Shown: positions 16,083-25,270 of the stretch, one piece after another
How the letters are laid out: every line of letters starts with the position of its first letter
Position numbering within the stretch: the first letter of the stretch is position 1
Source of the DNA: Saprospiraceae bacterium
GTDB taxonomy: Bacteria > Bacteroidota > Bacteroidia > Chitinophagales > Saprospiraceae
Assembly (NCBI GenBank): GCA_020847425.1
Contig: JADLCC010000231.1
Coordinates: 1-49,900, forward strand
Length of the DNA: 49,900 nucleotides
Reading direction: 5' to 3'
Notes under the pieces: model-generated
Seen by the model: only the letters and a program-made list of their open reading frames with translations
Told to the model about the DNA's origin: nothing
Databases searched by the model: none
Position numbers and translations under genes: made by a program

Positions 16083-17297
16083 TCAGTGTTCCTCCGGCCT
16101 CCCAATAATCCTCCCCTCATTAAAAGTCTTCTGCAACGCTTCCTCTTCCTTGCGCTCCTCTTCTGTGATCAGGGGCATATCCATCCGGGACAAATCCGGT
16201 TGTCCGGCATCTACCCAAGCGGTGTACCAGGCGGAACTGACTGCGTGGATGGCCGCGCGCATCCGGCGTTCGACCATATTGTTGAGGGCGTCAGAATAGG
16301 CGGCGGAAAAATCGCGGCAAGGCGCCAGTACGGCCCTGCCATTGCGCATATCGGGGCACGACTGCCGGTCGGGCGGGAAGGTCATCCGGAGTGCCCGTTC
16401 GATAGTTAACACGCTGTCCACCATGGTGTTACTGGCAAAAACCATATCCCAGAACCAGTCTGTGGGTTTGGCGACGTATTCGGGTTTACCCACGAAGTAG
16501 TCGTAATTTTCGTCTGCAAAAAGTTCGGGAATCCGGCTTTCCCAGAATCCGTGTATGCCATGCTGACCGGTTTTTTGTCCGTTGTAATTGCTGGTGGTGT
16601 GCAGCGGCACATGCGCATCGCCGATGTAATGGCCCATGTCGGAACACAGGCGGAGGATCCGTTTCGAATCGCGGCGGCGAAAGGCTTCCGTCAGGTCGCG
16701 TTGCATACGCTGCAAATTCCAGGGCAAATTGCCGTGTTCCGACATCCGGTCCCGGAAAAATGCCGCCTTGAAATCCGTTGGCAAGTCGTGCCGTGCCAGA
16801 AACGATGCCAGAGAGTCGGTATCGAGCATTTCATCGTCGGCATACAAACGGGGTAAAACCTGGGTATTAAAGTATTTTTTATAATCAGGCAGCAAGGTTT
16901 CTGCAACAGGCATTTGATTGCCAAATAGTTGCACGGAATCACCGGTGTTTTTCACGACCCAAATTTCCGTAAAATACTGCATCGCTTCGAGGCGCTGCCG
17001 GGGCAATTTATCGAAAGGTGGGCCATAATTATCCAGGTCGATGTAATGCCTCGGTGCTTCGTGTTTGGAGGCGTACCGGCGCATATCGGGGTCTACGGCA
17101 TGGTCCGTGATATAGTCGATGTTCGGTTTGAAAAACGCCATCATCTGCGGCGGCAAGGTCAGTACGGCCAGGCGGTTGATACGTTTATGTGCAAAAAAGC
17201 CCCACTCCGGTGTAGCCGGCGCTATGGAGTGAAAGGAACTCAGGCTGAGCAGGAGCCATACGGCAGCAAAAGGAAGAATACGTTGCAAGGCAATCAT
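16083..17297 (-). CDS. Secreted zinc-dependent phospholipase C / S1-P1 nuclease superfamily protein
   Basis: Start trimmed to 17297 (MIALQRILPFAAVWLLLSLSSF signal); the longer ORF reads through a hairpin repeat. Motifs WGFFAHKRIN, HYIDLD, IGDAHVPLHTT and HGFWE suggest His/Asp metal ligands. Confidence 0.55.
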   Translation of the reverse strand: MIALQRILPFAAVWLLLSLSSFHSIAPATPEWGFFAHKRINRLAVLTLPPQMMAFFKPNIDYITDHAVDPDMRRYASKHEAPRHYIDLDNYGPPFDKLPRQRLEAMQYFTEIWVVKNTGDSVQLFGNQMPVAETLLPDYKKYFNTQVLPRLYADDEMLDTDSLASFLARHDLPTDFKAAFFRDRMSEHGNLPWNLQRMQRDLTEAFRRRDSKRILRLCSDMGHYIGDAHVPLHTTSNYNGQKTGQHGIHGFWESRIPELFADENYDYFVGKPEYVAKPTDWFWDMVFASNTMVDSVLTIERALRMTFPPDRQSCPDMRNGRAVLAPCRDFSAAYSDALNNMVERRMRAAIHAVSSAWYTAWVDAGQPDLSRMDMPLITEEERKEEEALQKTFNEGRIIGRPEEH

Positions 17298-17317
17298 TTT
17301 GGAACGAAAGATAAGGG

Positions 17318-17437
17318 ATGGAACACGGACTGGACGGATTGGACACGGATTTTTTCCCATAGTACCCCATCGCAACAACTCTGCTATACGGAGGAAAAGA
17401 AAAAATCCGTGCCCAATCCGTCCAATCCGTGTTCCAT
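17318..17437. repeat. Word-arm hairpin, family E (GGAC(N)GGATT units)
   Basis: ATGGAACACGGACTGGACGGATTGGACACGGATTTTTT is opposed by AAAAAATCCGTGCCCAATCCGTCCAATCCGTGTTCCAT. Confidence 0.85.
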
Positions 17438-17444
17438 TTTTTAA

Positions 17445-18923
17445 TCAACTCCACACCCTCAACTGCCGGATATCACCCCATTTCACCCATTTAAAAAGCA
17501 ACAATCCCGGCAAACAGGCTGCAGCGCACAGTGCCATTTTGACGTACCAGAGGAAAGAAGTTGTTTCGAGAACTATAACATTTACCAAAAGGATAAACAG
17601 CACATAACCAATTACTTGTGCAACAGATTGCAGCCTCGGCCGCCATTTGAACGTGTGCAGGGTAAGCCCGACCATACTTGCAGCGATAAATGCCTGCGTC
17701 GAAACGGCGGCAATGGCGGCTCCAAATGCCTGCCAGCGGGGCATCAGCAGCAGATTCAGCAGCAGATTCAATCCGATGCCTGCGATAAAAAAGCGGTTCA
17801 TTGCCGCCACCTGCCCGTGCGCTGTCAGCAAAGTGCTGAAAATATAGGTGGTGCTGACCGGTACAAAAGCCCAGATCAGTACGCCCAGCGTATCCCAGCG
17901 ATAAGGGGAAGCATGAAACGGCATCATCAGGTGCAGTAAATCTTCCCGGGCAAAACAGATGGCTGCGGCCAAAGCCACACTCCCGGCCCAGATGAGGCGG
18001 AAACTCAGCGATAAAAGTGGTTTCACCAGCTCCACTTTTTTCTGCATGCGGGCAAACATCGGCAGCAACAACGATGCAAACAGATACCCGAGCATGTTGC
18101 AGGCATCGAGCACGCGATAGGCGCCCGCAAATACCTCCGCATGCGCTTTCCCACAAAAACGCTCCAGCAATACGCCATCGAGCCGGGTATAGGCAAACAT
18201 CAGGAAAACGACCAGCGCATACGGCAAACTTCCCCGAAACAGCACGAGCAGCGTGGGGTAACCCGCCCGCCAGTTATTGGCCCAGGTAGGCCGCACCCTG
18301 AACCGCACCTTGCTCCGCAACAGACCATAGGCAATGGCGGCCGTCAGCGCCAGCGGAATCGTCTGCGCCAGTGCAAATGCTTCGATATGCAGGGTTCTGC
18401 CTGCCGGGTGGGTCCACAACAACAAGCCGCAGGTGAACAGCATCAGCAACTTGTCCAGCGACGACAACACACTGTCCATGCGGTAAAAGCCGAGCCCCGA
18501 CAGGTTGGAGCGCAGGAAAAAGATCATCTGTATCAGCACCTGATTGACCAGCAGGATCAGCAACAGCAGTAATGCTCGGCTTTCATACTGCATAGCGGAG
18601 GCCATCGCCAGCGATATGACAACATAAACGACACTGAGTAATATCTTGATGGCCAGCAGGTTGGGAAAATATTTCGGGAGCAGTTGCGGGTGCTGGCTGA
18701 TGTGGCGGTTGTTGAAACTCTGAATCCCGAAATCATTGAGAATCTGAAAAATATAGGTCAGATTCATCAGAGCGAAATACAGGCCGTATTCCGATCCTAT
18801 CCGATTTTGTACCGTCAGGTCGATCCCGAAAATAAAAAAGGGCTTTATCAGCAGGTTGATAAAGAGCAGGAAAAGGATGTTGACGATAAATTCGCGGTTC
18901 ACGGGGCAAAGGTAAGATTGCAA
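17445..18923 (-). CDS. Polysaccharide biosynthesis protein / oligosaccharide flippase (MOP superfamily, Wzx-like)
   Basis: 492 aa, strongly hydrophobic with about 12-14 predicted TM segments. Its size and pattern are typical of MOP flippases. Confidence 0.6.
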   Translation of the reverse strand: MQSYLCPVNREFIVNILFLLFINLLIKPFFIFGIDLTVQNRIGSEYGLYFALMNLTYIFQILNDFGIQSFNNRHISQHPQLLPKYFPNLLAIKILLSVVYVVISLAMASAMQYESRALLLLLILLVNQVLIQMIFFLRSNLSGLGFYRMDSVLSSLDKLLMLFTCGLLLWTHPAGRTLHIEAFALAQTIPLALTAAIAYGLLRSKVRFRVRPTWANNWRAGYPTLLVLFRGSLPYALVVFLMFAYTRLDGVLLERFCGKAHAEVFAGAYRVLDACNMLGYLFASLLLPMFARMQKKVELVKPLLSLSFRLIWAGSVALAAAICFAREDLLHLMMPFHASPYRWDTLGVLIWAFVPVSTTYIFSTLLTAHGQVAAMNRFFIAGIGLNLLLNLLLMPRWQAFGAAIAAVSTQAFIAASMVGLTLHTFKWRPRLQSVAQVIGYVLFILLVNVIVLETTSFLWYVKMALCAAACLPGLLLFKWVKWGDIRQLRVWS

Positions 18924-18938
18924 CGCGGATTTCTTTTA

Positions 18939-19033
18939 CCACAATAGGCACATAGAGCCTCCACATAGATCACACATAAGATGCGTGATGTCTTTTATGT
19001 GATCTATGTGGAGGTTCTATGTGCCTATTGTGG
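18939..19033. repeat. Word-arm hairpin, family F (CACATAG units)
   Basis: CCACAATAGGCACATAGAGCCTCCACATAGATCACACATAAG is opposed by CTTTTATGTGATCTATGTGGAGGTTCTATGTGCCTATTGTGG. Confidence 0.85.
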
Positions 19034-19048
19034 TGAAAACTCCTGCGT

Positions 19049-20671
19049 TTACCGGTAATAAAACACCACCGCAAACGTAATCACCAGCAGCACAACAGCC
19101 ATCACGCGGTAGTTCTGGTACCAGGGAATACCCACCAGCGCGGCAGAATCTTCCTCGTACACACTGTGGTTCCAGGTAAAACCGACGAGTTTTTCAGCAG
19201 GCGGCGCAGCAGTAGCCAGGCTCACCACCGCCTGAATAGTGGCGCAAATGGCAAAAATGATCGGCGCTTTCATCAGAAAGTGTACGCTGTTCCAGGCAGG
19301 AGAAAGCCCTGTCACTTCACTGGCTACCGTGAACAAGGCAATGACCAACCCTGCCATCAACGCTGCAAATGCACCATCGGCATTAGCTCGTTTCCAGAAC
19401 AAACCCACCAGGAATATGGCTACTACCGGCGGACTGATCAATGCCAGAACGCCTTGCATGTAGTTCATCAGCGATTCGAATTTGGCAATTTGCGGCGCCC
19501 AGGCCACCGTTATCACCATAAAACAAACGGTAGCGATCTGGCCTGCCCGAACCAGTCCTTTGGAGTCCATATTCGGGCGGAATTTTTGCACAAAATCCAT
19601 CGTCACCAGCGTACTGGCCGAGTTGAGCGTTGCGCTCACCGCAGAAGCCATGGCCGCCAGGAAACCCGCTACTACGAGTCCTACCAGTCCTGCGGGCAGC
19701 AACTGGAACACCAGGGTCGGGTAAGCGCCGTCCGCAAAGTTTTTGAGTTGACCCGCGTACATTTCCTGCAGGTTGGGGTACAATTTCAGCGCCGCGAGCC
19801 CAGGGAATACCAGCAAAAACAGGATCGGAATTTTGAGCAGGGCAGCAAACAAAGCGCCTTTGCGGGCCTCGTTCGCGTTGCGGGCGCTCAGGGCGCGCTG
19901 CACGATAAACTGGTTGTTGCACCAAAAATAAAAACCCAGCAAGGGCACGCCCAGCAGCAACCCAGGCCAGGGCATGTCCGGGTGATCGATCGGCTGCACC
20001 AGGTGCATAAACGACGGATCTTTGGCATTGGCATAATCCACAATGGCATCGTAGCCCCCTGCTTTGTCATACACGATAAAGCATAAAATCACCGCTGAAA
20101 TCAGCAAAATAATCGTGTTGACCATTTCCGTCCGCATCACGGAAGAGAGACCCCCAAAAATGGTATATCCCGCAGCAAAAATGGCCAATGCGCTGACAAT
20201 CAATAACGTATTCGCTTCAGGATACACCAGTTTGGCAATAACAACCCCGGCAAAAAGGGTGCCCGCCGTATCGATAAAGATATTGCCGACCAGCGTAATA
20301 AAGGAAAAGTAGTAGCGCGAGCGCACGTCATACCTTTTTTCAAAAAATTCGGGCATGGTATACACCTTCGATTTCAGGTAAAACGGTAGAATAAACACGC
20401 AGAAAAAGGTGAGTACAATGGAAGCCATCCACTCATAATTGAAAAATACAATGCCGCCTTTGTATGCGCCTCCGGTAATGGCAATCAGGGAATTGGAGGA
20501 AATATTTGCCGAAAACATGGAAATCCCAATCACATACCAGGGCATATTGCGCCCGGCAAGAAAATACTCTTCCGAACTTCCTGCTTTCCGGTGGTAAAAT
20601 CCATATGCCACAATCGCTGTAATGTAGCCGACGATAATGACCAGATCAATAGTGGTAAATGTAAAATTCAT
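19049..20671 (-). CDS. Sodium:solute symporter family (SSF/SGLT-like) transporter
   Basis: 540 aa and polytopic. N-terminal DLVIIVGYITAIVAYGFYHRK...EEYFLAGRNMPWYVIG is typical of SSF transporters. Confidence 0.85.
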   Translation of the reverse strand: MNFTFTTIDLVIIVGYITAIVAYGFYHRKAGSSEEYFLAGRNMPWYVIGISMFSANISSNSLIAITGGAYKGGIVFFNYEWMASIVLTFFCVFILPFYLKSKVYTMPEFFEKRYDVRSRYYFSFITLVGNIFIDTAGTLFAGVVIAKLVYPEANTLLIVSALAIFAAGYTIFGGLSSVMRTEMVNTIILLISAVILCFIVYDKAGGYDAIVDYANAKDPSFMHLVQPIDHPDMPWPGLLLGVPLLGFYFWCNNQFIVQRALSARNANEARKGALFAALLKIPILFLLVFPGLAALKLYPNLQEMYAGQLKNFADGAYPTLVFQLLPAGLVGLVVAGFLAAMASAVSATLNSASTLVTMDFVQKFRPNMDSKGLVRAGQIATVCFMVITVAWAPQIAKFESLMNYMQGVLALISPPVVAIFLVGLFWKRANADGAFAALMAGLVIALFTVASEVTGLSPAWNSVHFLMKAPIIFAICATIQAVVSLATAAPPAEKLVGFTWNHSVYEEDSAALVGIPWYQNYRVMAVVLLVITFAVVFYYR

Positions 20672-20713
20672 GAACTGAGAATGGGTTTTGAAAATGAGTG
20701 GGTGACAAAATAG

Positions 20714-20807
20714 AATGTTGAGGGGTTGAGGGGTTGAGATTGTTGAGGGTGGTCACTCAAGCCTGGGTTACAACCCTCAACAATCTCAACACTCAACATT
20801 CTCAACC
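20714..20807. repeat. Word-arm hairpin, family A (GTTGAGG units), copy 2
   Basis: GAATGTTGAGGGGTTGAGGGGTTGAGATTGTTGAGGGTGG is opposed by AACCCTCAACAATCTCAACACTCAACATTCTCAACC. The loop is similar to copy 1. Confidence 0.85.
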
Positions 20808-20999
20808 GCTCTACAAAATTTGATTTTGCCGAACATCTACTAAAGGCTGGCAATGTTATGCAAAGATTTTGTAAACTGCTACAAAATACTGAAATTCAAA
20901 ACAATCTCCCACTACTTTCTGCAATGCAACCGTTTGTTCTTTGCTTTTTTTTGCCTGCCTTGTATTCAAACTTTGCCGACCTTTGCCCGTTCATCAGCG

Positions 21000-21884
21000 A
21001 TGCACTATATGCCTTCCCGACAGCCTTCTCCTTTCGATTGGTTTTTAATGTTTTTATTGGCCACCGTTTGGGGGGCTTCCTTCGTGTTCATCAAGCACTC
21101 GGTCCAAATATTCAATCCGGTCCAGATGGCCATGTGGCGCATGGTAATGGCGACGACCCTTTATCTGCCCATTGCTGCGGCATTCTGGTCGAAAATAGAC
21201 TGGAAACGCTGGAAATCGCTTTTGGTCGTGGCTTTTTGTGGTTCCGCCATTCCCAATTTTCTGTTTGCACTGGCGCAGCAGCATGTCAACAGCAGCCTGG
21301 CCGGGGTACTGAATTCGCTCACGCCATTGTTCACCCTGTTGCTCGGTGTGGCCTTTTTTCAAATGGGTTTTACCCGCTACAAAGTGCTGGGTGTCACCCT
21401 CGGGCTTGCCGGGGCATTTATCCTGATCCTTTTTAACAGTAAAAGCGCCGCTTCCGGCAATGCCTTTTTTGCCGGACTTTGCGCGCTGGCGACGGTGTGT
21501 TATGCCATCAATGCCAATGTGGTCAATAAAAACCTGCGCGATATGCACCCTGCCGGTATCGCTTCTGCGGCATTTGTGCTTACCGGACTACTTTTTATCG
21601 TAGGGCTCTGGTTATCAGGCGGTTGGCAGGCCGCACAACAACATGAACAAGGCTGGGAAGGGCTCGGCTATATTTTTTACCTGGCAGCAGTGGGCACCGT
21701 AGGAGGCTCTATTTTATACTTCTGGCTGCTACAGCGCACAACGGCCATTTTTGCCACTTCGGTCACCTACCTTCTGCCCATCGTTGCCATGCTGTTGGGC
21801 GCCCTGGATGGCGAAGCCCTTGGAGCTATTGATATGGCAGGTACGGCGGTTATTTTGACGGGGGTTTATATTGCGCAGAAGTAG
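21000..21884 (+). CDS. EamA/DMT-family transporter
   Basis: Start trimmed to the ATG at 21000. About ten TM helices in two halves, with FLLATVWGASFVFIK as the first EamA-like helix. Confidence 0.8.
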   Translation: MHYMPSRQPSPFDWFLMFLLATVWGASFVFIKHSVQIFNPVQMAMWRMVMATTLYLPIAAAFWSKIDWKRWKSLLVVAFCGSAIPNFLFALAQQHVNSSLAGVLNSLTPLFTLLLGVAFFQMGFTRYKVLGVTLGLAGAFILILFNSKSAASGNAFFAGLCALATVCYAINANVVNKNLRDMHPAGIASAAFVLTGLLFIVGLWLSGGWQAAQQHEQGWEGLGYIFYLAAVGTVGGSILYFWLLQRTTAIFATSVTYLLPIVAMLLGALDGEALGAIDMAGTAVILTGVYIAQK

Positions 21885-21887
21885 TGT

Positions 21888-21994
21888 GTCGTTACGTGAG
21901 TCGTGAGTCGTGAATCGTGAGTGGCGTTAACTCAGACATCTGCTTAAAAGTGAAACACCACTCACGATTCACGACTCACGACTCACGTAACGAC
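21888..21994. repeat. Word-arm hairpin, family C (CGTGA(A/G)T units), copy 2
   Basis: GTCGTTACGTGAGTCGTGAGTCGTGAATCGTGAGTGG (21888-21924) is the exact reverse complement of 21958-21994, giving a 37-bp perfect stem and a 33-nt loop. Confidence 0.9.
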
Positions 21995-21997
21995 CCC

Positions 21998-23830
21998 TCA
22001 AAACAAGCTCACATATCCCAAATGAAATTTCGCCGCCCTGAAGTCCACGGGCTGCCCGTTATCGCGCCGGCCGACTGCCACGCTGATCCCGAAAATACCC
22101 GCCTGCGTTTCAAAATTTATCCCGGCACCTACGCCCAGGGGCCGCAAAAACAAACGCTGCCGGTCCGTCTCGTTTTCCAGGTAACCGTAATCCGTAAAAA
22201 TAGCCAGGTATGAATTCAGGTCGAGCAACAGCCGGATTTCAGCAGTTGCCACAACAAAACGGCTGGCAAACAGGCTTTCTTCGTCGAATCCGCGCTGGAG
22301 TTTGTTGCCACCCAGCCGGTACTGTTCATTGGCGAAAATGGGTTTTTCCGAAAAAACGCCTCCCCCGCGCAGGCCCAGTTTCAGGGTACTCCGGGTAAAA
22401 AAAGGAAGGTACAGTTCCATGCGGGATTCCAGGCGGAACCGCGCGTTTCGCCCGGCTACCGAATCGTACAGGCTGGAATACCTGTAATCCGGGTCTTCCG
22501 GGTCGCGCAATGCCTCGATCTGGCTGTTGCGTTGCACAGTATTAAATCCCGCAACCGCTTTGACTGACACCGACCAGCCGCTGCGCGGGTTGAAGCGGTA
22601 GTCCAGTCGATTGAGCCCTGTTTCCAGTCCGAAACCGTTTTGCCGGAGGTCGAGGTTGGGTGGCAAGGCGCGGGTGCTGCGAATGGCGGCCGTGTCCACT
22701 TTCTGCAGGCTGGAACCTTTGTTTTCCCAAAACATCTTGATAAAATCCCCTCCGGGAAACAAATACTGTACCCCCAGTTCACTTTGTGCATCCACCCAGG
22801 TGCTGTCGCGGCGGAAAATATTCAGTTTGCCTTCGACACCAAATGGTGTGCCCAGCAAATAAGGCACCCCTGCCTGCACGTCGAGCCGCTGGGTTTCGGG
22901 GCGCAGGCGCTCAAATTCCACAGAGAATCGTTCGCCCAGATTCAGCGCATTTTGAAACGCCGCATTCAGGGAACCCGTGACCAGCAGCCTTCCGTCATCG
23001 TTGTTGGGCCGGGGCAGCAGGCCGATGATAAAATCGAAGCGGCTGGCGCGTTTTTTTTGCAGAAACAAATTGATCGTCGCTTCTCCACCGGCAAAAGAGA
23101 CGGACGGATTGCCGGTGCTTTCCAGAAACAACAGGCTGCGCAATTGATCGCGCAGGCGCAACACTTTGGCACGACTGTAAGGTTCACCGGGTTTTATACC
23201 GAGGTAATGGAGCAAAAAAGCGGCGGGTAATTTCACATCGCCGTTGATTTTCAGGGTTTTAACAGCAAAAAAACGGTTGCGTTCGATGCGCAGCAGCGCC
23301 GACACAGCGCCGCTTTCGGCCACTTCAATGCTATCGAGCCACACCTGCGCGAAGGGATAACCGTTGTTTTCGGCCTGTTCCAGCAAGGCGCGTTCCGTGG
23401 CCAGCAGCACATCGTAGCGCAAAGGGCTGTCTGTAAAAAGTTTTTCCCGAAAACCTGCCGCAGCGAGCCAGGCCTGGTTGTCGTCGTCGGCCGGGCGCAG
23501 GCGCACCCAACGCATGGCGGGGCCCAGGTACAATACCGCTGCGGCAACTGAGTCTGTGATCTGCAAACTATCCAGCGACACGGACAGGTAGGTTTCCTGT
23601 CTGAAATGTTGCAGTAAATCGGTGCAGATCACCTGAAAGGACAGCGAATCCCGCGAGCGGAAAACAGCCTTGCCGGCATCCGTCAAATCGGGCTGCAGGC
23701 GGAAATTTTTTATTTTTTCATAAAACACAGCCGATGCCGGCTCCGGAATGTGGAGTTGCAATATGGACTGTGCATGCCCCCCGGCGTTGTGCAGCAGCAA
23801 AAAGATCAAAAAAACAATCGGCTGTTTCAT
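21998..23830 (-). CDS. Omp85/BamA-family outer-membrane protein (surface antigen D15 domain)
   Basis: Signal MKQPIVFLIFLLLHNAGGHAQ, POTRA-like N-terminal half, beta-barrel C-terminal half ending in the aromatic terminal residue ...HLGYVSLF. Confidence 0.7.
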   Translation of the reverse strand: MKQPIVFLIFLLLHNAGGHAQSILQLHIPEPASAVFYEKIKNFRLQPDLTDAGKAVFRSRDSLSFQVICTDLLQHFRQETYLSVSLDSLQITDSVAAAVLYLGPAMRWVRLRPADDDNQAWLAAAGFREKLFTDSPLRYDVLLATERALLEQAENNGYPFAQVWLDSIEVAESGAVSALLRIERNRFFAVKTLKINGDVKLPAAFLLHYLGIKPGEPYSRAKVLRLRDQLRSLLFLESTGNPSVSFAGGEATINLFLQKKRASRFDFIIGLLPRPNNDDGRLLVTGSLNAAFQNALNLGERFSVEFERLRPETQRLDVQAGVPYLLGTPFGVEGKLNIFRRDSTWVDAQSELGVQYLFPGGDFIKMFWENKGSSLQKVDTAAIRSTRALPPNLDLRQNGFGLETGLNRLDYRFNPRSGWSVSVKAVAGFNTVQRNSQIEALRDPEDPDYRYSSLYDSVAGRNARFRLESRMELYLPFFTRSTLKLGLRGGGVFSEKPIFANEQYRLGGNKLQRGFDEESLFASRFVVATAEIRLLLDLNSYLAIFTDYGYLENETDRQRLFLRPLGVGAGINFETQAGIFGISVAVGRRDNGQPVDFRAAKFHLGYVSLF

Positions 23831-23922
23831 GGATATTCACCTGACGCAGGGTTGTTGCTCCGGGTTGTTTGCAAAGGTAGACTATGCGTCCGTGCGCCGA
23901 CAAGGTAAAACGATGTGTATCC

Positions 23923-23930
23923 TTACCTTC
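23923..23930 (+). promoter_or_regulatory. -7-like box TACCTTCG (one mismatch)
   Basis: Lies 5 nt upstream of the ATG at 23936. Confidence 0.3.
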
Positions 23931-23935
23931 GCGCC

Positions 23936-25270
23936 ATGTTCGACGGCATTCGCAGGTTTTATTTCCCTTTTGTGTCCGGCATTGCTGCTGCGGGTACGAT
24001 CTGGCTGGGTTATTTTGCCAGCAGACCCGATTTTGGATCGTTTATTGCCGTTTTCGGCGGCTTCTTTGTTTTTTACCTGTGGGTTGTTTTTGGAAAAAAA
24101 GAAGGCGATGCAATTCCTGCACGCTGGTATGTCTGGCTGGGGATCGGCCTGCGGGCCCTGCTGTTGTTCAGCCTCCCTCATTTTTCCGACGATTTTTACC
24201 GCTTCCTTTGGGATGGCCGGCTGAGTGTGGCAGGTTGGCACCCTTTTTTGCACCCGCCGGACTACTTTATGGAGCAGCAGGTTTTTCCAAAAGGGATTAC
24301 CCCGGAATTGTACGGCCTGCTCAATTCTCCACAATACTACACCGTGTACCCGCCGTTGTGTCAGGCAGTTTTTGCAGCAGCGGCATGGATAGCGCCCGAC
24401 AGTATTGGTGCGGGAGTGCTGGTATTGAAATTGTTTCTGTTGTTGTGCGAAGCGGGTACTTTATGGCTGCTGGCCGGCGCCCGTTTTGCACCCAAATACG
24501 CTGTGGCGGCTTATGCCCTCAACCCGTTGCTTATTCTGGAGATCGTCGGCAACTGTCATTTCGAGGGGGCCATGATTTTTTTCCTGATCGCGGGGCTTGT
24601 AGCACTGCAACGGGAACGTTTAACGCTCGCGGCTGCCTGTTGGGCATTGGCAACGGCTGCGAAAATGTTGCCGCTGTTGTTTTTACCTGTAATCTGGCGC
24701 TGGCTGGGCTGGCGCAAAGGATTGATTTTCAACTTGGTATTCGGTGCGATAAGCCTTGTTTTATTTGCGCCGCTGCTCCCTGTGCTGCCCAATATACTGG
24801 AGAGCCTCGATTTGTATTTCCGGCAATTCCAGTTCAATGCCAGCGTGTATTATCTGCTGCGGGCCCTGGGGTTTTCGCTGCGTGGTTATGATGTAGGCGA
24901 GTTGCTGGGCCCTTGGTTGGGGGTGGCTACTTTTTTGGGCGCATTACTGCTTGCGCTGCTCTGGCCCTCGCGCAAACAACGGGAAACAGCGACCCTGGCC
25001 GGAGCCATGGTGTACACACTCTTGATTTACCTGAGTTTTTCGGCAACGGTTCATCCATGGTATATCACCGTACCGATGGCGATTTCGCTGTTTACCCGCC
25101 GGCATTTTGCTATATTGTGGTCGGGGCTTGCGGCGCTTTCTTACAGCCACTACTACCATGGGGTGTTTCAGGAAAACTATGTGCTTATTGCGCTGGAATA
25201 CAGCGTTTTATGGGGTTTTATTGTCTGGGAAATCGCCTTTCATTCCTTCCCGCTTTCCCCCACAAAATAA
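23936..25270 (+). CDS. Polytopic membrane glycosyltransferase (GT-C fold, DUF2029/GT87-like)
   Basis: The ATG at 23936 is preferred to the GTG at 23915. Many TM helices and a loop motif FSDDFYRFLWDGRL that resembles polyprenol-phosphate-sugar-dependent mannosyltransferases. Confidence 0.5.
   Translation: MFDGIRRFYFPFVSGIAAAGTIWLGYFASRPDFGSFIAVFGGFFVFYLWVVFGKKEGDAIPARWYVWLGIGLRALLLFSLPHFSDDFYRFLWDGRLSVAGWHPFLHPPDYFMEQQVFPKGITPELYGLLNSPQYYTVYPPLCQAVFAAAAWIAPDSIGAGVLVLKLFLLLCEAGTLWLLAGARFAPKYAVAAYALNPLLILEIVGNCHFEGAMIFFLIAGLVALQRERLTLAAACWALATAAKMLPLLFLPVIWRWLGWRKGLIFNLVFGAISLVLFAPLLPVLPNILESLDLYFRQFQFNASVYYLLRALGFSLRGYDVGELLGPWLGVATFLGALLLALLWPSRKQRETATLAGAMVYTLLIYLSFSATVHPWYITVPMAISLFTRRHFAILWSGLAALSYSHYYHGVFQENYVLIALEYSVLWGFIVWEIAFHSFPLSPTK

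Noticed and set aside
23884-24891. 335-aa plus-strand ORF overlapping the membrane glycosyltransferase gene in another frame.
   Set aside because: Its Arg/Cys/Pro-rich translation is implausible for a protein. The 23936-25270 frame gives a coherent polytopic membrane protein.
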